NCBI GenBank assembly: GCA_001773725.1 | Contig: MEXP01000020.1 | Location: 19,526 to 83,525 of the forward strand | Length of the DNA stretch: 64,000 bases | Reading direction: 5' to 3' | Origin: Candidatus Amesbacteria bacterium RIFCSPLOWO2_01_FULL_49_25 | GTDB taxonomy: Bacteria > Patescibacteriota > Microgenomatia > CAZETR01 > Amesbacteraceae | Shown here: piece by piece, positions 1 through 11,870 of the stretch | How positions within the stretch are numbered: the first letter of the stretch is position 1 | Layout of the letters: every line of letters starts with the position of its first letter | The notes under the pieces: model-generated | Database searches by the model: none | Told to the model about the DNA's origin: nothing | What the model saw: the letters and a program-made list of their open reading frames with translations, nothing else | Translations under genes and position numbers: made by a program

Positions 1-698
1 TCTGCCGACAGTCCTGAGCTTGCCGAAGGACCGCCAACTTGGTTTATCAATCGATAAAAAGCCGTTTTTAACCCCGAATAACTAAACGCTCTTCCTTCCC
101 GCCCTGCCATCGGCAAGGGCAGTTTATATTTTTTTGGATCTCCTTGTGCCGCCAATTTTTCCAAAGCCGGCCCGCCGGGGTAGGGGAGTCCCAACATCCT
201 CGCCCCCTTATCCAGCGCTTCCCCAATGTCATCATCCAAACTTTGTGCCAGTATTTTATATTTTCCGATTTCATCAACTCTAATTATCTGTGTATGCCCT
301 CCCGAAACCACTAGCGCCATGCAGGGAAATCTCACCTCCGGCGTCAAGGAGCTCAAAATGTGACCTTCAATATGATTTATCCCAATCAGCGGCTTATGCC
401 ACTCTTGCGCTAACTTCTTCGCCCACTTGATACCAACTTCCAAGGCAATCGCCAACCCCGGTCCCACAGTCACGGCCACTGCGCCAATATTATCTTTCGT
501 CGATTTGGCATCTGCCAATGCTTGATTGATAATCGATTCAATCCTAGCTTCATGATCTCTCTTGGCCAAGGATGGCACAATTCCTCCCCACTGCGAATGT
601 ATCTCCTGAGTCCATTTAATGCTTGATAACACTTTCGTATCTTCCACTACAGCCGCAGCCGTCTCATCGCAACTCGTTTCAATAGCTAAAATTAGCAT
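1..698 (-). CDS. tsaD: tRNA t6A37 threonylcarbamoyltransferase TsaD (runs off the window start)
   Basis: Translated by hand from ATG at 698: MLILAIETSCDETAAAVV...GGIVPSLAKRDH...AFSYSGLKTA. It is missing from the ORF track because its stop lies outside the window. Confidence 0.96.
   Translation of the reverse strand, partial: MLILAIETSCDETAAAVVEDTKVLSSIKWTQEIHSQWGGIVPSLAKRDHEARIESIINQALADAKSTKDNIGAVAVTVGPGLAIALEVGIKWAKKLAQEWHKPLIGINHIEGHILSSLTPEVRFPCMALVVSGGHTQIIRVDEIGKYKILAQSLDDDIGEALDKGARMLGLPYPGGPALEKLAAQGDPKKYKLPLPMAGREGRAFSYSGLKTAFYRLINQVGGPSASSGLSA
11..31 (+). repeat. Short palindromic element inside tsaD (encodes GPSASSGL)
   Basis: GTCCT-GAGCTTGCCGA-AGGAC. Near-identical copies lie at 23253, 37277 and 42500. 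Confidence 0.8.
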
Positions 699-760
699 AA
701 TTTTATATATATGTAGCCAAAACGCGAATGCGATAAATAATTCCACATGATTTCATACAG

Positions 761-1180
761 CTAAATATTTTCATAACTTATCCTCCTCTCATTCTTTTTG
801 TGTCCATATTCAAATTTAACCCAAACAATCTTTCCTCTGCCTTTATATTTCAACACCGTTTCTTTTACCCGATCTGCCCATTCAATCACTGTCACGGAAT
901 CAAAGCCTAGCATTTTTTCAAATCCCAACTGTTCTAGTTCTCCTCCGCTCTCCATCCTCCAGCAATCAATGTGATGAAAATTGCCGTACGGTCGGTGCAG
1001 GACGAAAGTAGGGGAGACTATTTCATCTTTTACCCCCATAATTTTCGCCAACTCTTTTGTAAATGCGGTCTTCCCCGCCCCCATCGGTCCCTCCAGCGCA
1101 ATAATTCCCGGTTTCATTTGCCATATCTCTCTGGCTACTATACCCAGTTCCTTTTTAGAGCTTATTTGCCTTGTTATCAT
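761..1180 (-). CDS. tsaE: tRNA threonylcarbamoyladenosine biosynthesis ATPase TsaE
   Basis: GPMGAGKT Walker A, SPTF, HIDCWR and IEWAD motifs, next to tsaD. Start placed at ATG 1180, 6 nt after TATAAT. Confidence 0.95.
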   Translation of the reverse strand: MITRQISSKKELGIVAREIWQMKPGIIALEGPMGAGKTAFTKELAKIMGVKDEIVSPTFVLHRPYGNFHHIDCWRMESGGELEQLGFEKMLGFDSVTVIEWADRVKETVLKYKGRGKIVWVKFEYGHKKNERRISYENI

Positions 1181-1201
1181 GCCTGCATTATAGTTCACTT
1201 A

Positions 1202-1810
1202 GTGCCCAAATATCTTTCCCTCTCCCTTGTCTTCTCAGTCGTAGTCATCCTTGCCGCTTATCTTGTTGTCTCTCGTAAGCTGCCGCCTGCCGCCAACAAA
1301 GTACAGTCAGGTTGTTTTTACCAGCAGGTCCAATGCATCCGCGCCCCATGCGATCCGATTTTGGTCTGTCCAACTCCTCCATCGACCATAATCTGTGAAC
1401 CAAATAAAGAATACACTCAATCAGCAGTGGATTCACAAGTGTGCAGTTGCCCCCCCGGACTAATCCAGGATATAAAAAAAGTCGAATTTGGGCCTTGTCC
1501 CCAGCCTGGTATGCAAGATTGTCCACAAACTACTTTTGTGTGCCGACGGGAGAGCGTTCCTACTCCTTCTCCAACATGTACTCCCCGTCCGAAATGTCTG
1601 GACGAGAATCCCCGCTGTCTTATGCCCGAAACTCCGGACATGTGCCCTAAACCTACCACCTACAGCTCACCACCAGCAACCTATATCTGTCCCCCTGCCG
1701 GTTGGCTGGACTGTATGCCCGGCCCCGGTCCTGCCAAACCCCAATGTCAAAAGGACTATCTGGCTTGGATCCAATCCAACTGTCCGGACTTTCAAGGCGT
1801 CGCCTACTGA
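1202..1810 (+). CDS. Membrane-anchored Cys/Pro-rich extracellular protein
   Basis: N-terminal TM helix followed by several Cys-rich modules (CIRAPCDP, CTPRPKCLD, DCMPGP). GTG start inferred. Confidence 0.75.
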   Translation: MPKYLSLSLVFSVVVILAAYLVVSRKLPPAANKVQSGCFYQQVQCIRAPCDPILVCPTPPSTIICEPNKEYTQSAVDSQVCSCPPGLIQDIKKVEFGPCPQPGMQDCPQTTFVCRRESVPTPSPTCTPRPKCLDENPRCLMPETPDMCPKPTTYSSPPATYICPPAGWLDCMPGPGPAKPQCQKDYLAWIQSNCPDFQGVAY

Positions 1811-1818
1811 TTTTTAGG

Positions 1819-3480
1819 TTAATTCGTCTTGGTCCCTCTCAAATACACTGCTTGCCACGGCCGATAATTAGAATAAAAAGTCCTCTCTTGCAGCACCTCA
1901 TCTCCTCGTGTAACTTTCCAGTCAAAAGCCACTTTGGCCCCCCAAGCCGCGTGCTCGGTCTGAACGATCTTTCCCATAGGTAAAGTTGGATCGTCTTGGT
2001 ACAAATCTGGGGGTGGGGGAACCTGGTCCCAGATCCTAGACTTGGAAACCTCCACTTTCCGGCCGTCGCTTGTTCCATAAAGATTAAACACCAGGTGTTT
2101 GTTTTTCTCGTCAAACTCCGTCTGTATCAAAATATAAGCCGGGGTATCGTTAGTAAACTTAAAATCCGGGGCTGGTTGAAAAACCGTGGCGTCAAACCCC
2201 ACCTGATACTTTTCTTCATAATAATGCACCCGGTAAGCATGCGCAGTTCGCTCGGGGATTGGCAAACCGGCCGCCAACACCGCCCTAAACAGCGTACTCG
2301 ACACTTGGCATACCCCCCCTCCGTCTCCCAAGATAGTTTTTCCCTCCTTTATAATATACGCCTGTCTGTACCCCGTCGCCGCCGATATTTCCCCCACAGT
2401 CTTATTAAACGAAAACACCTCCCCGGGAGCCACCAGTATCCCATTGAGAGTTTCGGCAGATTTCTTCAAATTGTAAATCCTGTTAGTGATTGACCCCGAA
2501 AACCACGACTCGCCTCGACCTATCAGCTCCTTGATTCCCAAATTATTTACGTCTTCGTTGTCTACCTTTGGTGCAATCTCCTCGGCCGCCAGCTCCAATT
2601 CTGCCTGCAGCAGGTTCTCTCCTTCCAACAATTTCAATCCATTTACCACATCCCGGGTCGTTTTTTGTTCATCCACCACCCACCCCGGCTTGGCCGGCTT
2701 AAATTCTTCTACTCGGCCTGGACGAATGAATTTCAAAGCCGCATTTTGCGCCGGCCTGTTTACCAGCTGGGACAATCCCTTAACCCATTCCGAGATCAGG
2801 TTCTCTCTCCATCCCCCCGCCGGATCCATCCATGCTACCGCTTCCCCATCCGCAATCTCCCATTTTTGACCACCCTCTTTCATTTTCAGTATCACCTTTT
2901 TGTTCAAAATCAGCTCACTTCGCCTTCCCGCCTCATTGATTTGGCTTTCCGTCAGTTTAACCAGCATTGGTCGTACTGGTATTTCAATACTCGCAGCCTC
3001 AGCCAATTTAATATTCCTCAGCACTTTTTGTCTCAGGTCAACCGCATCCACTTCTCTTCCGTTTTCCCCCGGGTAAACCTTTATCTGCTTTTCCTCCCCC
3101 ACCTTTTCTATCACTACTTCGGGCTCTCTCGCCGGTATGTCTATTTCCATCCCGATCCCAGCAATCATGTTAATCAGCTTCTCTTCGTTCAAGTTAAATC
3201 TCAGTTCGGCCTGCTCTATGCTTGCGGGCAAGTCGTATTGCCATCCCACATCTTCCCGTCCCCATATCCACTCTCTCCCTTCCCAAACTAATTTTATAGA
3301 AGAGAATCCATCAACCTTTCTCCTCACCACTTCCACGGCCTCGTCAGGCTTCATCCTCCCCACCTCGACTCCTCCTATCTTCGTACCCTTGGGAAATCTG
3401 CCAAAGTCATAGGCATAATTTATTCCTCCAGCCAAAAATAGAACGCCTGCCGCAACGTAAACAATCTTTGGGATTCTCAT
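1819..3480 (-). CDS. VanW-family protein with putative peptidoglycan-binding domains
   Basis: GGGVCQVSSTLFRA, FSFNKTVG and DFKFTNDT motifs, with an N-terminal anchor. Confidence 0.92.
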   Translation of the reverse strand: MRIPKIVYVAAGVLFLAGGINYAYDFGRFPKGTKIGGVEVGRMKPDEAVEVVRRKVDGFSSIKLVWEGREWIWGREDVGWQYDLPASIEQAELRFNLNEEKLINMIAGIGMEIDIPAREPEVVIEKVGEEKQIKVYPGENGREVDAVDLRQKVLRNIKLAEAASIEIPVRPMLVKLTESQINEAGRRSELILNKKVILKMKEGGQKWEIADGEAVAWMDPAGGWRENLISEWVKGLSQLVNRPAQNAALKFIRPGRVEEFKPAKPGWVVDEQKTTRDVVNGLKLLEGENLLQAELELAAEEIAPKVDNEDVNNLGIKELIGRGESWFSGSITNRIYNLKKSAETLNGILVAPGEVFSFNKTVGEISAATGYRQAYIIKEGKTILGDGGGVCQVSSTLFRAVLAAGLPIPERTAHAYRVHYYEEKYQVGFDATVFQPAPDFKFTNDTPAYILIQTEFDEKNKHLVFNLYGTSDGRKVEVSKSRIWDQVPPPPDLYQDDPTLPMGKIVQTEHAAWGAKVAFDWKVTRGDEVLQERTFYSNYRPWQAVYLRGTKTN

Positions 3481-3513
3481 TAGTGACTCTAGTGTAGTAT
3501 ACTCAAAACTGCT

Positions 3514-5064
3514 ATGGATCCAACCCCCACTTCCCCAGCTCCCCCCCCGCCTCCCACGCCTCCTCCACCTCCTACGCCCCCCAGCAATTACTATGCTTCA
3601 TCGTCTGATTCTGGAGTCACTGTCCCGCCTCCGCCTGCACCCCCCCCGCCGCCATCCTCGCCCCCACCTGCTTCTACCCCCGTCACTCCCTCCTTTTCAT
3701 CCAAGGCAATAAGAACCCGTCATTTTCCCATTATTCCTTTAATAATAATTTTAATCTTGCTGATATTAGGAGCCGTCGCCTTTTTTGTTCTCAAATCCGG
3801 GAAAAACTTATTCAACCTCACATCCACCAATATTACCTACTGGGGTTTGTGGGAGCCGGAGTCGGTAATGCAGCCATTGATTGATGAATATCAAAAATCC
3901 CATCCCGGCGTCAAAATTACTTATATCCAGCAGTCTCCCAAGGAATACCGGGATCGGTTGCAAAATTCCCTGGATCAAGGCAAGGGCCCGGATATCTTCC
4001 GCCTTCATAGTTCCTGGATACCCCTTCTCAAAAACCACCTCGCTCCCATTCCCGCCAGTGTCTATTCATCTCAGGACTTTGAATCCACCTTTTATCCTGT
4101 CATAGGCAGTGACGTCCGCGTAGGCAACAACTATTCGGCGATTCCCGTCGGATTTGATGGTCTGGCTATGTATGTAAACGATGATTTACTTCAAGCCTCC
4201 GGCCAATCTGTCCCCCAAAACTGGGACGATCTCCGTCTCGTCGCCCAAGCCATGACCCGGTGCGATTCTCCCGACGGTAAATGTACAGGCGCCTCGAAAA
4301 TCTTGGTTTCAGGAGCATCTCTCGGCACCGCCGACAACGTCGACCATTGGCAAGATGTTCTGTTGGTCTTAATGCTCCAAAACAACGTCAACCTCGGTTA
4401 TCCTACTGGCAAGTCTGCCCAAGACGCCTTAAATTACTACACAATTTTTGTTAAAAGCGACCATATGTGGGACTCCACCCTACCTAGTTCCACCTTCCAA
4501 TTCGCCGCCGGCAAGGTAGGCATCTACTTCGCCCCATCTTGGAGAGTTTTTGAGATCCAGCAAAAAAATCCCCAGCTCAAGTTTAGTATCCACCCCATAC
4601 CTCAGCTACCCATCGAACCCAGCCGCGGGGAGCAACCGATTACCTGGGCCAATTATTGGGTGGAAGGCATCAGCAAAAAAAGCCCCCGGGCCGCTCAGGC
4701 TTGGGAGTTTCTTAAATATTTAAGTTCCCCAGACGCTTTGCAAAAGTTTTACCAGCAAGCAGTCGCCTCCGGCCGGGCTTTCGGCGAACCCTACCCCAGA
4801 ATCGACATGGCTTCTTCCATTAAAGATGCCCCTTTAGTTGGCCCATACATCAATCAAGCTTCCCAGGCTCGATCTTGGTATCTAGCCTCCAGCACCCAAG
4901 ACTCCAATGAGAGTTTAAACTCAAAACTTTCCAAATATTTTGCCGACGCCGTTAACACCTCCCTTAAAGGCATTGCGGGTGAAAGTATTACCAACACCCT
5001 GGCCCAGGGCGTCAATCAGGTTCTCTCCCAATATGGCCTCGCCACTCCCGTCGCCCCTCGTTGA
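3514..5064 (+). CDS. Extracellular sugar-type solute-binding protein with Pro-rich N-terminus and TM anchor
   Basis: ITYWGLWEP, GPDIF, PQNWDDL and AWEFLKYLSS, as in SBP family 1. Confidence 0.88.
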   Translation: MDPTPTSPAPPPPPTPPPPPTPPSNYYASSSDSGVTVPPPPAPPPPPSSPPPASTPVTPSFSSKAIRTRHFPIIPLIIILILLILGAVAFFVLKSGKNLFNLTSTNITYWGLWEPESVMQPLIDEYQKSHPGVKITYIQQSPKEYRDRLQNSLDQGKGPDIFRLHSSWIPLLKNHLAPIPASVYSSQDFESTFYPVIGSDVRVGNNYSAIPVGFDGLAMYVNDDLLQASGQSVPQNWDDLRLVAQAMTRCDSPDGKCTGASKILVSGASLGTADNVDHWQDVLLVLMLQNNVNLGYPTGKSAQDALNYYTIFVKSDHMWDSTLPSSTFQFAAGKVGIYFAPSWRVFEIQQKNPQLKFSIHPIPQLPIEPSRGEQPITWANYWVEGISKKSPRAAQAWEFLKYLSSPDALQKFYQQAVASGRAFGEPYPRIDMASSIKDAPLVGPYINQASQARSWYLASSTQDSNESLNSKLSKYFADAVNTSLKGIAGESITNTLAQGVNQVLSQYGLATPVAPR

Positions 5065-5857
5065 CACGCTGGCCTACTTCGCCAAATACAACTACCCTCT
5101 CACAGATGAAGAGCTCTGGTTCTGGCAGCACGGCACCCAGATTTCAAAAGCAGAGATAGCTAAAAGCTGCAAGCTAAAAGCTGTAAGCTCCCTCCGCAAA
5201 CAACGGAAACTTTTCAGCGAGCAAAAGTGGTTGATAGCCAAAAGAGTAGGGGAGAGATTGCAAAAAATTCTCTTTATAGAAGCCATTTTTGTTACCGGCG
5301 CCCTGGCCATGAACAACTGCCCCGCAGACGACGACATTGATATGATGATAATAACCGCCCCTCACACCCTCTGGCTCACCCGGATCTTGACACTCTACTC
5401 TCTCGGATCTCTCCGGCGCCGTTCAGGCCTGCCTCATACCCACCCTCTCGCTTCGAACAAAATCTGCGACAACCTCTACCTCGATCTCAACCACCTTTCC
5501 ATTCCCTACAAGCTAAAAGCTGACAGCTATCAGCTATACATGGCTCACGAAATTCTCCAAGCCAAATGCCTATTCGATCGCGGCGGGATACATTGCCTCT
5601 TCCTAGAATTCAACTCCTGGGCCAAATCCTATCTCCCTGTCGCATATCGCGAATCTCTCCGTCCCCTCCGATTTTCTCCTAAAAGCTACAAGTTAAAAGC
5701 TATAAACTATCTTCTCTGGCCTCTAAATCTGTTAGCGTTTGTGTTGCAATTTGCCTATATGAAACCCAAAATGACATCCGAAAAAGTCGGCCTTGGCTTT
5801 GCCTTCTTCCATCCTCACACTAAAACATCTCAATTCGAGAAACATTTCCGTTCATAG
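5033..5857 (+). CDS. Pol-beta-like nucleotidyltransferase domain protein (CPR-type conserved hypothetical)
   Basis: VTGALAMNN...DDDIDMMII NTase signature and C-terminal FFHP. Start uncertain. Confidence 0.75.
   Translation: MASPLPSPLVDTLAYFAKYNYPLTDEELWFWQHGTQISKAEIAKSCKLKAVSSLRKQRKLFSEQKWLIAKRVGERLQKILFIEAIFVTGALAMNNCPADDDIDMMIITAPHTLWLTRILTLYSLGSLRRRSGLPHTHPLASNKICDNLYLDLNHLSIPYKLKADSYQLYMAHEILQAKCLFDRGGIHCLFLEFNSWAKSYLPVAYRESLRPLRFSPKSYKLKAINYLLWPLNLLAFVLQFAYMKPKMTSEKVGLGFAFFHPHTKTSQFEKHFRS
5161..5710 (+). repeat. Three blocks of degenerate heptamer tandem repeats (TAAAAGC-like) within a CDS
   Basis: 5161 TAAAAGC TGCAAGC TAAAAGC TGTAAGC; 5507 TACAAGC TAAAAGC TGACAGC TATCAGC; 5680 TAAAAGC TACAAGT TAAAAGC TATAAAC. 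Confidence 0.85.
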
Positions 5858-6974
5858 AATTTGCTAATATTTCTTCTTCCAAATTCATAGCTCTGGCTGT
5901 TTCCCACACTCGCCAAATTTGCGCCTGCCTCTCCAGCTCATTGATTAATATTTCGGCCCTCGTTTGTCCACTAGCTGACCGTCCGATTTGTTGCACCTTT
6001 AACCCATTTGCCCATTCAGACATAAACTTCGATCTAAATGGTACATGCTTAACCACTGGTGGAGCAAACCCTCGCAAAATACATATTGTCATAAAATCCG
6101 GAAAGTTAAATGCCCCGTGCTTTTCTAGGTACCAGATAGCCAATTGCCCCAACCTCTGGTGCATATCTTTGATGTACCACCTATATGTGCCGGGGGCTAT
6201 GTTGTCCCGGTCGCCTTCCCTCGCTCGAAATAGACATTTCATTTCCCAAATGGAATATACTCCCATGTCCTTTTGTAAAAACAAGTCATTGCTTGTTAGG
6301 TTTCCGTTCAAACTGGCCAAGTCGTTTGGTACTACCAGGCCGTCAAACTGGACGCTGTGGCCATCTGGGACAGAAAACGTCTTGTTGTATATGAACTGGT
6401 TTGACTTGTCATGTGGGACAGCTTTTGGGCTCAGATTGAGAGTCGGATTGACCAGCTCGGTTAGTAAAATTGCCGCCGCCTCTCCCAGGTATCTGATCCG
6501 TGGACTAATTTCCCCTCCCACCATTGGCAAGTTGTGAAATTTGCTCCACAACGCATTTTCTTCGTTCAATCCATACGCCGTATCCACGATTCTTAGACCG
6601 TGCCTCAGCCCATTATGCTCAGGCCCCGAGGCACTAAACGCATCCAGTGGTTTACCCATCATCTGGAACACTGCCGCACTTGCAAAATGTGCAGTCATTT
6701 TGGGATCAGTTGTTGTCCTCAGCTTTTTTCGCTCTTCTTTAATTTCTCGCAATGCCAACCTGGCAGCTTCGACAAGATGGTCACCTTCCTCCCCGAAGTC
6801 AATTTCTCTCATCCATCTTCTCAATACCCCGGTTTCACAAACCTTTCCCAAATTACCAGCAAATGTTAAATCCCCCATTTTTTCCTCCCTCCTGTCCACG
6901 GGAACGGTCCAAGAGTTTCGGAGAGGAACTCCTGAAATCATTCCGGAAAAATCATCAAATTCCTGTTTTGCCAT
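5820..6974 (-). CDS. Hypothetical protein with possible PD-(D/E)xK nuclease motif
   Basis: Long open frame containing VQFDGLVV...IWEMKC. Start is ATG 6974 or TTG 7025. Confidence 0.6.
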   Translation of the reverse strand: MAKQEFDDFSGMISGVPLRNSWTVPVDRREEKMGDLTFAGNLGKVCETGVLRRWMREIDFGEEGDHLVEAARLALREIKEERKKLRTTTDPKMTAHFASAAVFQMMGKPLDAFSASGPEHNGLRHGLRIVDTAYGLNEENALWSKFHNLPMVGGEISPRIRYLGEAAAILLTELVNPTLNLSPKAVPHDKSNQFIYNKTFSVPDGHSVQFDGLVVPNDLASLNGNLTSNDLFLQKDMGVYSIWEMKCLFRAREGDRDNIAPGTYRWYIKDMHQRLGQLAIWYLEKHGAFNFPDFMTICILRGFAPPVVKHVPFRSKFMSEWANGLKVQQIGRSASGQTRAEILINELERQAQIWRVWETARAMNLEEEILANSMNGNVSRIEMF

Positions 6975-7032
6975 TATCGTTTCGACCGATTCTAAACCCA
7001 CCCCATCTCGGGTACAAGCTCCCAAACTTACT

Positions 7033-8346
7033 TTAAAACGGAACCTCCTTTTCTTCGTCCGTCGTACTTCTCATTCCCTGCGAAAACCTCTCCTCGATAT
7101 ACTCTAGTCCCCCCTGAGAGCCTTCCCCAACCACCAAGGGAACTCCCAAATTAAGGGCCGTCATATTAGCCAACATCGGCTCCCTGACAATCACAATTTT
7201 TCTCCCCGAAATCTCCAAAGACTCCAATCTGGCAGTTGGGCCACTCGTTTGTCCCGAAGCCAACACAGCCTCTATCCTCGTCTCCCTTCTTCTCAGCCAG
7301 GTCGTTAACCCAGCCGCCTCCGCTCTCTGTTCGTCGGCAAATTTTCTCATCACCGCAGTTTGTTCCCGCGATGGTGTATCTAAATTATTGATTATTTCTC
7401 TAAACAAGTCTATGTTGGCAGTCAAAAATGCGCTTGTCATGACTCGCTCTTCAAATTCTATGGCCGCAGTAGGGGATAGTGGGAAGATGTGGTCTAATGT
7501 CCTTGCAATATCAGGTATCGCAATGCTTCTGTCTCTAGCCATTATTCCAAACATCTCTTCCCATGCGCTTCTGGATCCTACATAAACTTTCCCGGGAAAA
7601 CTAAAATTCAACAGCGCTACTAATTGGCTGAATGTGAGGTATTTCTCACCTGTCACAAGATCTAAATCCTCCTCCATATAAGCTGGCTTTCCCCGTCCCA
7701 TTATCTCGGAAAATATCGGCAAAGGCATGACATTTCTATCAAATATCACTTTTCCCAGACTATCCCTCTTTGTGATTTGATGTGGATCAGTCGGCCCGGG
7801 TGTTACTAAAGCATAATGATAACCACCCTCGTCACAATCTGGATCTAAGTTATCTCTGCCGCTCAGGTCCACCCACAAAATTACGCTTTGTTGCCTGGCC
7901 TCTGCGCTCCCTATCCCGAATGTTTTCCCTAAAAAGTCAAAATCTTTTCCAAACTGCCGGTTAGTTGATCTGTTCAACTCCACCAGAGAATTCGCCGCAA
8001 GTAGGTTGTCTGGCGAAACTAAAACTGGTTCAATCAATCTCATCTCAGCCTCTCTGTCAACATCACGCGGTGGCATGGGCTTTTCCCACCTTCTTACATT
8101 CCCTTTTCTCCAAAAATAACTTGGCCCTATCGCTTGTCTCTCCTCCGCCTCTTTTTCTACAATCTTCACGTAATCCTCTCTCCAGCTTAGTTTTGCTTCG
8201 GTTTGCCGAACTATGGCAATTCTCCTTTCCGGAAACCTTCCCTTCGCTCTCCACCTGACCGACGTGACATGGTTTTCAAAATGCGGCAGTACAAATTGCC
8301 CCGGCAAACCGCAATCCCACATCGCCGGCTTTTCTCTATCTACCAT
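7033..8346 (-). CDS. Hypothetical protein (~437 aa)
   Basis: Long ORF, with ATG 8346 lying 7 nt after TATATT. No family recognised. Confidence 0.7.
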   Translation of the reverse strand: MVDREKPAMWDCGLPGQFVLPHFENHVTSVRWRAKGRFPERRIAIVRQTEAKLSWREDYVKIVEKEAEERQAIGPSYFWRKGNVRRWEKPMPPRDVDREAEMRLIEPVLVSPDNLLAANSLVELNRSTNRQFGKDFDFLGKTFGIGSAEARQQSVILWVDLSGRDNLDPDCDEGGYHYALVTPGPTDPHQITKRDSLGKVIFDRNVMPLPIFSEIMGRGKPAYMEEDLDLVTGEKYLTFSQLVALLNFSFPGKVYVGSRSAWEEMFGIMARDRSIAIPDIARTLDHIFPLSPTAAIEFEERVMTSAFLTANIDLFREIINNLDTPSREQTAVMRKFADEQRAEAAGLTTWLRRRETRIEAVLASGQTSGPTARLESLEISGRKIVIVREPMLANMTALNLGVPLVVGEGSQGGLEYIEERFSQGMRSTTDEEKEVPF

Positions 8347-8417
8347 AGTCGCCAATATAATCCCAAACCCCCCTCTTGACAACCTAAAACCTAAATATTA
8401 AGGTAACTCCAACTTTC

Positions 8418-8747
8418 ATGGCCTTAGTTACAATAGAAAACGGACAGCTCGCGGTAATGACCTTACCCATCCTCAGATTTGAGCTTAAACCAGAAACCCA
8501 AGTTACACCGGGTCAAAAAATCGTCGTTGCCCGCCTCGACCGGCACGCCACTCAACCGCCATATATTTTTATCGAACGCCGCACCACTGATTATTCAGTA
8601 GCCACTCTCCCCATTACTCCCGAAACTCCGCCAATGCAAGTCAACGACATTTTCACCCAGCTCATCGCCGGCCAGCTCCTGCTCCAAACATCTATTGAGT
8701 TCCCAGGAACCACACTCAGATTTGAGGAAATGATAGTCACTTTCTAA
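8418..8747 (+). CDS. Hypothetical protein
   Basis: 109 aa ORF filling the gap, with TTGACA upstream at 8376. Confidence 0.6.
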   Translation: MALVTIENGQLAVMTLPILRFELKPETQVTPGQKIVVARLDRHATQPPYIFIERRTTDYSVATLPITPETPPMQVNDIFTQLIAGQLLLQTSIEFPGTTLRFEEMIVTF

Positions 8748-8756
8748 TCTTCCCTC

Positions 8757-8788
8757 TTGACAAGAATTTAGGCTATCTGGTATATATT
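8757..8788 (+). promoter_or_regulatory. Sigma70-type promoter of groESL
   Basis: TTGACA at 8757 and TGGTATATATT at 8778-8788. Confidence 0.7.
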
Positions 8789-8799
8789 GCTAGCAAACT

Positions 8800-11200
<2,401 letters not shown>

Positions 11201-11245
11201 CTCTAGCCGATTATACCCCCCATTTGGAAGTGCTAAAATCCCCTC

Positions 11246-11578
11246 ATGGTCATTCTGCTCGCTTCTCTTGCAGACGAAATCTCCACCCAAAAGGCATCTG
11301 CAGATCTGGGCGGTTACGTCAAATTTGTAGTTGATCTTAAGCGTGGGGTTATGACCATCGGCGGCCTGCGTCATTTCGAGGGCGAACAGCTATTACTTCA
11401 AGACGGCAGTCACCAAGTTGACCTCTGGGGTGGGGGAGTCGACCTCGAGTCCCACGAAATTGATTATGAATCGATGATCAATATTCGTCCGCCAGTCAAT
11501 TCCAGTCGTGAAGCCCTCGATCCCGACATTCGAGCCCAAATGAGATCGATTGTCAACAAACTGTTTGTCAAAATATGA
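11246..11578 (+). CDS. DUF5674-like protein
   Basis: VKFVVDL..G...IGG..H...E..LL.DGS...DLWGG...SMINIRP pattern, recalled from the family rather than searched. Confidence 0.75.
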   Translation: MVILLASLADEISTQKASADLGGYVKFVVDLKRGVMTIGGLRHFEGEQLLLQDGSHQVDLWGGGVDLESHEIDYESMINIRPPVNSSREALDPDIRAQMRSIVNKLFVKI

Positions 11579-11853
11579 CTCCCCAAGACCTGGTTTTAAA
11601 TATCGCCGTCAACATGAGCCGCCTCGGCCGCTATTCTCACGGCCATCAACTTTCCCGTGTTTCCCAGTTTCTTGCCGACACCCAAAATTACCTCGACCAG
11701 CTCCAGAACTTTCATCCCCGCTTCCGCCCCACCTACGATCGCTTCTTAAAAGATTTTCTCTACCTCAAATCCACCCCGCCCGACTCATCCGATTGGTCCG
11801 ACACCGCCTTCACTTGGGCCAGCATCTTAACCCACCGCGCCAAATTTGCCTAA
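11575..11853 (+). CDS. Small helical hypothetical protein coupled to the DUF5674 gene
   Basis: ATGA overlap with the upstream gene, 92 aa amphipathic helices. Confidence 0.7.
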   Translation: MTPQDLVLNIAVNMSRLGRYSHGHQLSRVSQFLADTQNYLDQLQNFHPRFRPTYDRFLKDFLYLKSTPPDSSDWSDTAFTWASILTHRAKFA

Positions 11854-11870
11854 ATGCTAAAATTTTCTCC

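Noticed and set aside
3514-3700. C-rich tract as a DNA repeat or CRISPR
   Set aside because: It is explained by poly-proline coding, with no repeat-spacer structure.
11550-11870. 107 aa N-terminal extension of the DHH protein
   Set aside because: It overlaps the 11575-11853 gene in another frame, and ATG 11871 has its own -10.
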